DNA of 64,000 nucleotides. Source: Paraphysomonas bandaiensis. Taxonomy: Eukaryota > Protista > Chrysophyceae. Under the pieces are notes generated by a model. That model did no database searches. It was given only the letters and a program-made list of their open reading frames with translations, and was not told the origin of the DNA. Each line of letters opens with the position of its first letter. Within the stretch, counting starts at the first letter, position 1. The stretch is from the NCBI GenBank assembly GCA_965644295.1, contig CBFFRP010000219.1:1-64000 (forward strand). The letters run 5' to 3'. Positions 50,736 through 61,884 of the stretch are shown here, piece after piece. A program made the position numbers and the translations under genes.

Positions 50736-53700
50736 ATGGGTGACAGAGATAGCGGATACCGGGGCTACTCTGGGATGACCGAGAGACGCGGACGACGCAA
50801 TAATTATGGTGGCGGCTATAGGAACGAGTATGGAGGTAACAACTACCGCAGTGGGCGGGGGGGATACAATCAGAGGCGAGGATACAATGATAATTATCAG
50901 GGTAGAGGAGGATACAATGAAAATTATCAGGGTAGAGGGGGGTATGTTGGTGGAGCTCTGAGCACAGAGAGACCTCGCCCTATGGGCGGTAGAGGCAGAG
51001 GGAGATTCGGAAAGAAGCCGGGTATATAGATGTTTATGCTCTACGTGCGCCGTTAGTTAATACTTATTATAGATAATATGATGGAGCGTCCTGGACATGT
51101 GGCTGTGCCGGAGGAGGTACTTCGCATAAGTATATTGTCGCATTTTACGAACAGATGTTAGGTTCAACTCATCACACAACTTGTGGTTGGAATCGGGAAT
51201 TTTACGGACTCCGAAACCTACGATGCATTGGCAACAAGCATTAAGGAAGTCGCTGAGCTTTTGCTAATGAAAGGTCGATTTATAGAAATTTCCTTACTAT
51301 GGTATAACATGTTGTGTAGGCGATTTGGCAACATACGCCACTGAAATTTCGAATTTATTTGTTAAATGTTTCTCACAGCTGACAATGCAAACTCCAGCAA
51401 TTGCGACATTACTTTCGTTAGTTTCTCGAGGTGACCGAACTTTTGCCGATCTGGTAGTTGGGAAACTTTTGAGTGAGCTACTGACATCTATGAAAGATGG
51501 AGATGTGATCGTTGCTCGCAATCTCCTCAGAGGGCTTGGGTGCTTGGCATCCTCTGGTGCGGTATCTATGGATGGCGAGGGGCAAGGAGTTGGGCTTTTG
51601 GATATACTTGACAGCCTCTGTCGTGTCGCGGAGGGGGAAGTTTTTGCAACTGCTACTTTCTCAGTGGGAGTTGAAGTGACTGTATTTTTGTTGGCTTCGC
51701 TAGTACCCTACATTGTCCACGCTCTCCAAAGAAGTCAGGCCGAGGGGATAGCTTCTCGTATTGCGGCTATATGTCGTCGTGTGGCACCACAAGCTGACGC
51801 TGAGGATGCATCTCTGCGGTGGCGTAGCTGCTATGATGTGGGGGGATCTCAGGAAGTCTTTCATGTCAACATTGAAGGCACAACGCCTCCACCTCCTGCT
51901 GTAGATTCGACTACTAGAAATTCCAACCCCTGTGCGTCTCCCCGTGATGCAGTGTGCTGGGATTCTCTCTGGGAGGTAATATCAGACGTTGTCCTGTATA
52001 TTTTACTCGCCTGTGTCATTGGGCATCTTTGTTTACGCTGCAGTTTATCATGATAATAATATTGCTATATCAGGTGTGTAAGGTCGCTGATGATATCCTT
52101 ACCTCTGTACATGAGACTAATGGGGCCAGTATGGACTCAACGTCAGTCCCAAAATGCCTGCTTCTTGTGTGGATGGCTGAAGAGCTTCAGGAGGAACTAC
52201 GCAAAGATGTTGCACAGGTTGTACCGGGTACTCCTCAGGAGGGGGTGGAAGTGCACGATGCACCGGCATCCCTTCCTCCACGTCTTATATTGAGTATTAC
52301 CCCTAGTGATTTGGAGACTATATTGACCTCGACATCGTTCGCCCTGATGGCTGGACCCAGTGGTGATGGCTATCTTGCGGCGTCTACAGCTGTGGGGTCT
52401 AAAACAGAGCGCGCGAAATTTTCCAACAACTCTGCAACTGGGTACGCTTCTTGGATGAGCTTAAGATTTAATCTTTTTGATGAGGAGATGGGTCAACATG
52501 CTACTACCGCTCTCACCACTCTTTCTCTCCTTGAGCTGGTGACCGCACGGGACTATTTTAGGAGTGTACTTCGCTTTTTTGAACCATTCATTCGTGATGA
52601 TGGGACATGTGTTGGATCTATTACGTTGTTGTGTTCCCACCTCGCCAGTGTGAATCAGTTCTTTCCCTCTGACGCTCATTTGGAGTATGTTCTGGTGGAA
52701 ACACTGCTCCTAATGATACTTCAAGTGCCGGCCGTTAACCCGTGTTTGGTACAACGGGTTACACTCGAGCTTTGTCAACAGTCACCAGAAATACCTCCTG
52801 TCTTGGCAGCAGGTTGTTTAGACTTCCATGTACTATCCATCTAACTACCTAACAATACTATGTCTAGCCATTGCTGCGAGCTATGAGTTAATCCCTGCAC
52901 TGAATGTAGCCTCTTGGAGGGAGATGGCGAACTACCTTTCCGTTCATCTTGCGAATACACATTTGGCTTGGCCGTATTGGCAGTACTGGGGAGAGGAGTA
53001 CTCGACCATTGTATCGAGCGAAGAATTCTCTGTAGTCGGAAATTCCCAGAAAACCTTTCTGGACCTTTTGGTGGGGCAGTGTACACGCCTCTCTCTTCCC
53101 GACAGGATGCACAAAGCTGTGGGTGAAGGCTTAACTGCGGTTGTCCCAGCGGATGAGTCCGTTTTTGCACCCCGATGTACACACTTTGCTATATCTACAG
53201 ATGGTGCGTGCATTTCTGTGTATATTATCACTCTTACCTTATTGCATTGTTTTCATATCTACTATGTGCATCAGGGATATGCACAGGAGTAGGTGCCCTA
53301 GAATCAGCAGCAAACGGCGTCATTCGGCGTTTAATGAACCGCGAATCTCCTGAAGATCTCGGTGCATGGCTGGAGGGCACTCACGAGGGTATTGATGATG
53401 ATTTCCAAATGCAGGGATGGCGGTTAGTGGTGTTAATGGAGGGAATACTGTGCCGTGGCGCGGTGACCGGTGGTACCATATCTGGTATGATAGGACTTAT
53501 TGACAGATATCGTGATCCTCTGATGGATCTGTCGCTTGCATTCGATGGGGCATACCAGGTACCCCTGTGCGCATGTCTAAAGTATTGCTTGCTTACAAGT
53601 GTATAAATAGACTCTTGCGGGTGTGTTGTTTTCTTGTTTACATCACCAGTGCGCTCTCCTGCATATCACGCTTGACGCCCTCATGCGCCGTGCTATACTT

Positions 53701-54426
53701 CACCCATCTGCTGTGGTGTCATTCATGACACAAGTAGGAGAGACTGCTCCGGGAGGCTTACATCTGGATGAAATCCACAAAAATCAGTGGGTCTGGAAGT
53801 TAGTAGAGGTGTCGATGGATCGATGTCTCGACATTGTGAAGGCTGCGGTCAATATGCAGAACAACGCGGCTGTGTCCAGTCAGTCTGCACCTGCACCTAG
53901 TGGTGACATGGAAGTAGATGGTGATATGACCGAGGGCGCTGAATCGAATGGTGATTGTAGGCGAGTGCGAGGCGATGGAAGCAATGAAGCAGTGGTCGTA
54001 CCGGAGGAGATCTCTTCCGCCGTAGCGGGTGCAGCGGACGGGTCTCGCAAGATGTACTCCGCGTTGGTAACACACCTGCTGGTCCGATTACATGGCTGTC
54101 ACAGCCAGCTGGTGGTAGATGGATCTGAGACGGAGATAAGTAGGAGTGAAGGAACTATTACTTGTTTAGACCCGGGTCTTATTGCACGTACCTCTATGTT
54201 GCACAGAGTTCTCAGGATATTCCATCTCACAGAGAAAGGTCTTGTTTCTGGTCTAGCTCAAGGCACGAGTCTACCACCTGTGACTGCACGCGGTGAGGTT
54301 AGTCAAAATGTGTTGGAAGCATTACAAGTACAAGGTCGACCTGATCCTGGAGACGGTACCGCCCTTGTTGATGTTCTGGGAGGACCTGCGAAGAGAATAT
54401 GGAATTACTACAGCCATTTGAACTAA
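50736..54426 (+). CDS. NCBP1: Nuclear cap-binding protein subunit 1 (CBP80) with RGG-rich N-terminus, multi-exon
   Basis: MIF4G-type segments QTPAIATLLSLV and ARNLLRGLGCL. YLSVHLANTHLAWPYWQYW corresponds to WFSHHLSNFQFRWSW, and FLDLLVGQCTRLS corresponds to FVREVLEKCMRLS. Confidence 0.8.
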
Positions 54427-55039
54427 AGGAGGTTCTCTAGACATACCGCATGGGTAAATGTGATTGTGGCGTTTTGATCCATTTAACATTTTGTCATTCC
54501 AATTAAGAGCTATAATTTAATTCTTGAGTCAATTTTATTCCTCTTCCTTGTTTATCATGTAACATGTATGTCTTCGCTTACAGCACTGTTCCAGTCTTTG
54601 TTGGGATGCATATAGTTCTCCAAGATAGTGATGCATTCTATTAAAGATGACATGATGTAGTATAGAGTCGATCCTATATGATTATTATCTCTGCAACTGA
54701 AGTATCGTGAATCAGTGAAGATCATCAGTGGCTGCTATTGAAAGGACAAGATACTGCAGATGATCAATTTTTAGTAAAACAATTGTTGCGAACATGAGTA
54801 ATACCTAATAACTAGTAAAACAATATAAGGTATATATTGGAAAACCACCACAAATCTTGCCAGATACTACAACATTTGCTGAGGAATCCATTTGTAAGTG
54901 ACGATGACCTGCTATGCAGTAGCATTTATGAAACAACACTACTTCATGCTTCATGCATATTATGTAATATGTAACACCTATGCATAAAACGTATCTATAA
55001 TTTAAATCTTCAATTTCTATCTTGATCGTGAAAAAGTAC

Positions 55040-55524
55040 TGAAATTCCCTCAACAAAGTCGGACTCGCACCTCTTCTTGGTGTTCTGGTTCTGGGGGATA
55101 AGTACGGGAGTTATTTCTCCGGTAAACTAACGTGAGCCGCAAACATAGACAGAAGATTTCAGATAACGTTCTGCCCATTCATAGCCAAATGCTTGTGTGG
55201 TACAAGGACACTTGTGTAGACGTCTTTGGGCCCTGGCGAATAAACAGACATCCGGAAATGGCTCACCTCAAGGGCATCCAGGGCATTGGGCTACCTACTT
55301 AAGTCAAGAATCTGGACTGTTCACCTTAAGGACTCAAAACTCCTGAAGTTAGCAGATGTCAGGTATATCGACATTCTGCATTCTCACTGCGTTTGCTTTG
55401 AGTGATTGTACCTTGGTGCTTCTGGTGACGCACAAGCAGCTTTCGTAGCTTTCAGTATTAGAGGGTATCAGAGTTAAGCACTGACCCTTACACGCCTTTT
55501 GCTAATAATAAAACACTCACTACT
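55040..55524 (-). repeat. Dispersed element, copy 5 (both termini present)
   Basis: tgaaattcccctcaacaaagtcggactcgcacc ... cctgaagttagcagatgtcaggtatatc ... acactcactact is colinear with copy 2. Confidence 0.9.
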
Positions 55525-55581
55525 AATATTCATAAATGTAGTTCACAGGGTTTTCATGTACATCAGCTCCTGGATTTTAAC

Positions 55582-55703
55582 CAGGGCCTGGTAACCGTTA
55601 ATGGCCCATTAATGGTAGTGCAGTTCCCGGCAAATATAATGGCATTATTGACAAATGTCCCGGCAATTATAATGGCATTACCATTAACGGTTACCAGGCC
55701 CTG
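55582..55703. mobile_element. 122-bp hAT-type MITE
   Basis: Perfect 23-bp TIRs CAGGGCCTGGTAACCGTTAATGG and a perfect 8-bp TSD ATTTTAAC (55574-55581, 55704-55711). Internal duplicated tcccggcaa-tataatggcatta. Confidence 0.93.
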
Positions 55704-56447
55704 ATTTTAACAGTTCATACTATATTTAGAAATATAGATATAACCCACGAATTCGCTATCTACCGCAGCACAGAGACAAAGAATTTGTAGATGCAGCTAA
55801 ATATGATTATTGTAGATGTATGGTGTATCGTGCACAAATTGTGGTTACATAGTTTCATCCTAGACTATTACAAAAAGCCAACAATAAATAATCAGACTTT
55901 CTTATAGATAACCATTATACAAGTTAGAATAACTAATATGTAAAGCTATTTTCATTTCTTGATTTAATGTTGGCTTATTGTGCTATAGATTACTAGAATG
56001 TGCCATGTGCTGATCTGAACATATTGTATTATGCGATTGAGTTAAGTCTCCCTTTAATATTGTTATTAGAATATTGTTTTGATTTTCACGTAATTTACCA
56101 TATCTATCATTTATTTCCTCGTTTTCTTGTAGCACGTAGTGTTCAAAGCATGACATATACAACAGAATCAGTTAAATTTTCTAATATAGTTCTTTCTAAG
56201 AACACTATCGCGGCTTACAAAATTATAGCTGCTTTTTAAACATGTACACAGCAACGATCATGATTAGCTAGCCAAGAACAATCAAATACAATTTTAAGAT
56301 TACCTAAATGCGTTCTGATAGGTAACATATCAATATATAATGTCAACAGATTCCTGTTTCCTCTGTGCGAACTTTCAAGGTCTACACTAGGGTCATATGC
56401 AGAATACACCGTCCACTATCATTTTCCCCGTGATTTCTATTTGATTA

Positions 56448-59400
56448 CTATTCGTCACTGCTTTCGCATTCACCGTAGCCACCATAACAGTAATACTCAT
56501 CACAGTATTCATATTCATAGTAGCTATCATAATCGATATCACAATAGTCGATGTTGTAGACTATATCACCATTGTATTCGTACTCATAGTAGCCGTCATA
56601 GCATAGATCATCATATTCCACATCAACATAATCATAAACGCTATCATAATAGTATTCATCTCCATGGTAGGTGCCATAGTCCACGTCATCATAGTAAACA
56701 TAATCGCAGTTGCTGCCATCATTATCGTAGTCATAGTAATAGTCAAAGCCCTCGTCATCATAGTATACATAACCGCAGTTGCTGTCATAATAATGCTCAT
56801 CATCATCGTATTCATATTCGTCAATGTCCTCGTCATCATAGTATACATAGTCGTAGTAGCAATCACAATAGCTATCAACATCGTATTCATAATCATAGTT
56901 GCAGTCGTATTCATTGTCATACACTCTCCGAAGACATGTATCATCGTTGTACTGGTATTCGTAGCAGCTATCATTACTTTCGTATCCATAATCAATACCC
57001 ATATCACAGTGGTCATAATTATAGCAGTCAGCATCCCAATAATGTCCATCTTTATCGACATATCCAGAATCGTCGTGGTATCTGTCAACTGCTGTCACCA
57101 TCTTTCGAGCCTGAATATCTCTCTTTCGATTCGGGACAGTATCAGGATCTGCTACGAGGAGGGAGGACTCTCTCTTCCGCATAAAATCCTCACCGAACTC
57201 ATATTCTTCCATAGCAGAGACTATAAGAAGGGCAACTGATGCTTCTGCATTCGAAATCACTGAGCCCACTAACGTTTCGCTGACATCATGGGGCTGCTCA
57301 AAGTGCTCCATCATCTCCGCGAGTGAAGGATAGACTTTATGGGGATAGCCCTCGGCAAGGATGCTTGTCAAGTGTAGTCTCTCTACAGGGCTAGTCATCA
57401 CCGCAAGTGGAAGTATAGACTCAATACTTTCACTATCTACAATATGTTGGAGGTAGATCTCAACTGCAGATATTTTGCGCCCATTATTTTCATCACTGGT
57501 GCATGTTTCTCGAAGCCATTCGTGCACACTAGCAACAAACGCATCTGCGTTGCCTTGCAACATAGACTTGATATAAAGAGAAGGGTAGGTCTTTCTTTGC
57601 TGTAAATTACATCGCGAAACACCTCCAGATAGAGCCACGGCACCGTACAAAAAACCCAAACCTGTGAATTCCGTACCTATTGTCAGAGGATTAAGGTGAT
57701 ACCAAAAATACAATATCAATGCGGCATGAGTGCGAAGAGTGTAAGACGATTCTTTCTTGATATAAGACTCAAAAAACTGCTGATACGCTTCCAAGAGTGA
57801 AGCTTGAAGAAGCTTAGACTTAGCCTCAGAACGAGAAGTGCGAATTGTAACTCGGAAAGATGACTGGTCATTCGGATCTAATTGGCTCAGTCTAATCGAA
57901 GATAAGTGATACGAACCTCCGTTGTGGCGATTAGCCGTATGAATTTGAATATCAAAGTCCTGTCCGATAATGCTGTATAATTCCTTAAAACTTTGGGCAT
58001 TGTGCACATTTTTCTTTTGTTCTTTGTTGAGGCGGACAAGTTGAGGTGTGCTCGTCGGAAAAGGCAATATGTATAAGCCTGCTCGAGACATTTCTTGCTT
58101 CAATACAGTGACAAGCATATCATGATACGGAACCATGTTCTTTTCGACCTGGTCGCCGTTTATCACAGGAATATCTGTATATCTCACTTGCGATATATCT
58201 GACCACATTACATGTCCGATATTTGTTGGTTCTACCACCAGAAACCAGTTCAGTATATGCTCCATTACATTCAGCAGCCCTTTTCCATTACCACCAGTAT
58301 CACCACATAACAGGTCAAGTGTACCGGCAGAGCAAGGCGACAGCACAGTTTTTCCTGGTGTCGATCCCACAGTTGTTTGGCGCGTTATTTCCACACCGAA
58401 ATCTAGCACCGAGAAGGCAAGAGAGAGCCCATATCTAACATCCGGAACTGTCCCCGCGTGACTATAGGCCACATCTCGCATGTGAATGAAAGGGAAAAGT
58501 TCCATTAGGGGTGTGTGAAGGACACTTACAAGCCGATTCAAAACAGACCTGTCTACATCGACTACTTGATCTGGTAACAAGTCATTGTTCCACACACCAG
58601 ATAAAGCACTGTTGCATGCGGTTTTAATTCGTTTAGAGGTCACTGTCATCAGCAGATCACTACCTTTGGCGTATCCATATTTCCCCCACAGACACAGAGC
58701 AGTGACAATATCATTCCACTCGGCCGAGACTTCGATCTCTTGGTCGTAACGTTCTCGTACTAGAGATACTGCCTTGTCAATATGTGCAATGGCAATGAAA
58801 CTCTTAACATTCAGCATGAACAGTCGATTCGATGACAAATCGCTCTCGTTGTTAGTCAACTCAATGGTGGTAACAGACGCAACTGGCATTCCAAGGCGAT
58901 AATACAGGTCTGCAAGCATAGTTGTCGCATCACAGGATGGTTTGTCTTTTTTCATGGTCAGCAGATAGTCCCGAGCAGTTTTCCACTGTCCAAGGTCAAG
59001 GTTTGCACGCACTATATGGCACATCACATCAGATGAATCACTGGCAATAGCTAACGCTGACTGAAAGTTTAGTCGGGCACTTTGTGGAATCCCAATGAAA
59101 AGTTCAACAAGTCCGAGAGCATCATAAGCCAAAACCAACTGCCGAGAACTAGGCAAAGAGACCTCAGTAGCACGCGTAGCTATCACTCGTGCATCAGACA
59201 ATCGTCCACGTCGAGTGAGCAGTTCGCATTTGAGTAGTAACATAGCCGCATCAGTAGGGCAAATATAGAGTGCCGTGTCCACATCCCTCTCAGCTCCTTC
59301 AGCATCATTGAATAGTTTCCAGCTTAATTCTGCGCGTACAGAGTACCCTAATGCCTCAAAAGGACGCGATTCTATCAGTTCAGAGACGATATCCAGAGCT

Positions 59401-61340
59401 CGACTATGGTCCCCTGAACGAGCATGGACTTGACAGAGTGTTTTTAGAACCTCACGTGACGGATATATTGCGTAAAGCTTCTCCAATATATCGATCGCAT
59501 GATTCAATGTTCCACTCTCTAATCTCATGTACGCAATAGCGATTAGTTTATTGGCAGATGGTTCAGGATCAGATAGTGCATAACGAGCAATCATTGCTTG
59601 TATCTCGTTCTGATCACAATCCATTGGAGCGTACTTTGTATACAAAGCCATAAGGGCTTCAGGAGCAACATTGAGCCCCATTTCTGCTGACGAGCCGAAT
59701 TCAAGAGCCCCCCCTCTATTTCTTCCCCGCCGCAACGGAAGTGCTTCATTCCCTTCATCACTACCAATTTCATCATACTCATGACCGTGGACACTAGCAG
59801 TAAGCTGTTGTGCAGGCAAGCTACCAGCATTACTGGACTCCGGTCTGATATTGAATTCAGGAAGCTCTTCATCTTCTTCATTAGTGTCATAGTCATACTC
59901 ATGATTGTAATGGCTGACAAATGTCTTCTCGTCTCTGTTATCAACAGTCGTGCCTATACTCCTGTCACTGCGCAATGGAAGTTCAGATTCCGATGACATC
60001 ACTCCCAACGCGTCGCAGTAAAACTGTACGTCCAAATCCCAGTTGACGTAGTTGCGCAGTGGTAAAGTAAGGAAGGCTTCTTCAATGGACATTAAATCTT
60101 TATAAACAAACTGACGCAAGTTTTCCAATTCATTTTGATAGTGTATCCATCGTCCCTCTATTTGCTCACTATACCACGTAGACTCCACTGGAGTCAGCGC
60201 CATGTGTTCCTCCCAGACAGTACCAAGGCGTTGCAATATACTATTCAAAGCCACATGGGGAGAATTACGTATATCCGCATACCGTATGTGAACCACGCGA
60301 TTCGGCACGACATACTCAAAATGAGTTACTACCCGCATGCTACTTTGAAATCGATAGGCCACAGATTCGGGAGAACTGGCTCCAGAAATGGAGTACAGTG
60401 CATTGATTACTGAGTCCAAAGGATCATGCATAACATTTACAATCATAGCCCTGGGAAAAAGAATATGAAGTAACCCGACATAAATTGGGCTGATAGGTCC
60501 CACCACTGTATGCGAGGACGAGCACTGTACGGTTTCTATGCTTCGTTCTATTCTGTCAATCGTCTCCATTATTACAGGCTGTAGAGTCTTCCTATCAATA
60601 TCATTACCCGTTGAGAGTAGCTGCAAGAAGTACTTTAACTGGGAATGAAACTGTTCCACCCACCCCATCATAATTCCTGGACTACATACAGTACTGTGCT
60701 TTCTCAATAGCGCTGACACCAAGGAATATGCATTCGACCCCATCGTAGACAATATAAAAATAGGGACAGTAGAGTTCGAGCCTGTCCACGACTCTATTAT
60801 CTCAGTTGTCATGATGTGGGACATATTGGCTGCCGTTGTTTCGTCCTCCGTTGGGCTGGGAAGGGGACGTCCAGAGTGGGCTGCAGCGTTTGCTTTCAGC
60901 ATAAATTTCCAAGATTTCTTGTACATTTTAAGTTCATTGTACGCAATAGAGAGAACTCGATAACGAGAAATATTTATAACCTTTCCAAATGATTTACCAA
61001 GATCCTCTTCGACTTCACTCACAAATGATATCCATTCATCGCGATTAGTGTCCCGACACCGCTGCATAGCCTTTAAGCGGACATAATACGACCAAGGAGT
61101 TAGTTTTTTTGCAGCAGATGCCTCCGCGTAGGCGTTACATGCATTGGCGTAGTCATATTTAGACTCGTAGTAGTGTCCTAGGGCCCTCTGCGACATAATC
61201 AGCGCTTCAATCCAATCAAAGTATACACATAAATATCTTACCCACTCTGACGCATCTCGATCAACAGACACAGGCAATGAGCTGTCCGATAGCACAGACA
61301 ACAGTGTGACGGCGACAAGCACGACAATATATAACGTCAT
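56448..61340 (-). CDS. Secreted protein: sulfotransferase-like domain + TPRs + TTC13/SRFR1-like C-domain + Tyr/Asp-rich tail
   Basis: Signal peptide MTLYIVVLVAVTLLSVLS. Sulfotransfer_3-like layout PIFIL...LLRKHS...VGLLHILFPRAMIVNVMHDPLD...VVHIRYADI...GRWIHY. TPR helices. LILYFWYHLNPLTIGT resembles TTC13/SRFR1 YYxYNxMPLxRG. The last ~210 aa are dominated by Y, D, E and C. Single 1630-aa ORF. Confidence 0.8.
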   Translation of the reverse strand: MTLYIVVLVAVTLLSVLSDSSLPVSVDRDASEWVRYLCVYFDWIEALIMSQRALGHYYESKYDYANACNAYAEASAAKKLTPWSYYVRLKAMQRCRDTNRDEWISFVSEVEEDLGKSFGKVINISRYRVLSIAYNELKMYKKSWKFMLKANAAAHSGRPLPSPTEDETTAANMSHIMTTEIIESWTGSNSTVPIFILSTMGSNAYSLVSALLRKHSTVCSPGIMMGWVEQFHSQLKYFLQLLSTGNDIDRKTLQPVIMETIDRIERSIETVQCSSSHTVVGPISPIYVGLLHILFPRAMIVNVMHDPLDSVINALYSISGASSPESVAYRFQSSMRVVTHFEYVVPNRVVHIRYADIRNSPHVALNSILQRLGTVWEEHMALTPVESTWYSEQIEGRWIHYQNELENLRQFVYKDLMSIEEAFLTLPLRNYVNWDLDVQFYCDALGVMSSESELPLRSDRSIGTTVDNRDEKTFVSHYNHEYDYDTNEEDEELPEFNIRPESSNAGSLPAQQLTASVHGHEYDEIGSDEGNEALPLRRGRNRGGALEFGSSAEMGLNVAPEALMALYTKYAPMDCDQNEIQAMIARYALSDPEPSANKLIAIAYMRLESGTLNHAIDILEKLYAIYPSREVLKTLCQVHARSGDHSRALDIVSELIESRPFEALGYSVRAELSWKLFNDAEGAERDVDTALYICPTDAAMLLLKCELLTRRGRLSDARVIATRATEVSLPSSRQLVLAYDALGLVELFIGIPQSARLNFQSALAIASDSSDVMCHIVRANLDLGQWKTARDYLLTMKKDKPSCDATTMLADLYYRLGMPVASVTTIELTNNESDLSSNRLFMLNVKSFIAIAHIDKAVSLVRERYDQEIEVSAEWNDIVTALCLWGKYGYAKGSDLLMTVTSKRIKTACNSALSGVWNNDLLPDQVVDVDRSVLNRLVSVLHTPLMELFPFIHMRDVAYSHAGTVPDVRYGLSLAFSVLDFGVEITRQTTVGSTPGKTVLSPCSAGTLDLLCGDTGGNGKGLLNVMEHILNWFLVVEPTNIGHVMWSDISQVRYTDIPVINGDQVEKNMVPYHDMLVTVLKQEMSRAGLYILPFPTSTPQLVRLNKEQKKNVHNAQSFKELYSIIGQDFDIQIHTANRHNGGSYHLSSIRLSQLDPNDQSSFRVTIRTSRSEAKSKLLQASLLEAYQQFFESYIKKESSYTLRTHAALILYFWYHLNPLTIGTEFTGLGFLYGAVALSGGVSRCNLQQRKTYPSLYIKSMLQGNADAFVASVHEWLRETCTSDENNGRKISAVEIYLQHIVDSESIESILPLAVMTSPVERLHLTSILAEGYPHKVYPSLAEMMEHFEQPHDVSETLVGSVISNAEASVALLIVSAMEEYEFGEDFMRKRESSLLVADPDTVPNRKRDIQARKMVTAVDRYHDDSGYVDKDGHYWDADCYNYDHCDMGIDYGYESNDSCYEYQYNDDTCLRRVYDNEYDCNYDYEYDVDSYCDCYYDYVYYDDEDIDEYEYDDDEHYYDSNCGYVYYDDEGFDYYYDYDNDGSNCDYVYYDDVDYGTYHGDEYYYDSVYDYVDVEYDDLCYDGYYEYEYNGDIVYNIDYCDIDYDSYYEYEYCDEYYCYGGYGECESSDE

Positions 61341-61884
61341 GTTTCAAGGAGTGACTTCAGAGTTGTGTGGCATTTAAATGACAACATCACAACTCTCTCT
61401 GCTCAAATATCCGGAAATATAATATCAAAATCAGAAAATAGGCACTTTATCACATGCAATAAATATAAAAAGGCATTTTATATATTGATACTGTTTATTT
61501 TTGGACGTACAGATGCTAGAAATGGGGTAAAAATGGTGGTTCACTGACTCAATCAAGCATCACCACAACGTACGAAGTATGTATGTGGAGCGACTTGTTC
61601 CCACAGCACCAGCAGCATGATGGAAGATTCCTAGATATGAGATCCCTCGCTCTACAGTGCTGCACAGGACTCACTGTAAGATCCACACATACACCGCACA
61701 GCAGTGCTACACAGGTACAAGATATGGAGGTTTATCACAGACAGACAGAGCTACATATCCTCTTGACCTGCCTCGAAGGTGAAATGTTCACATAGTCTGA
61801 ATGACCCGACCCGTTAACTATGCCGATATTCACATTGTGTGAACATCTCATAACTCTAATGGCTGAGTGTTTGCTCTCTGAGTT

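Noticed and set aside
56441-57239. His-rich, Ile/Val-rich and Met/Thr-rich ORFs
   Set aside because: Alternative-frame and antisense shadows of the TAT/GAT-rich Tyr/Asp tail of the 1630-aa gene.
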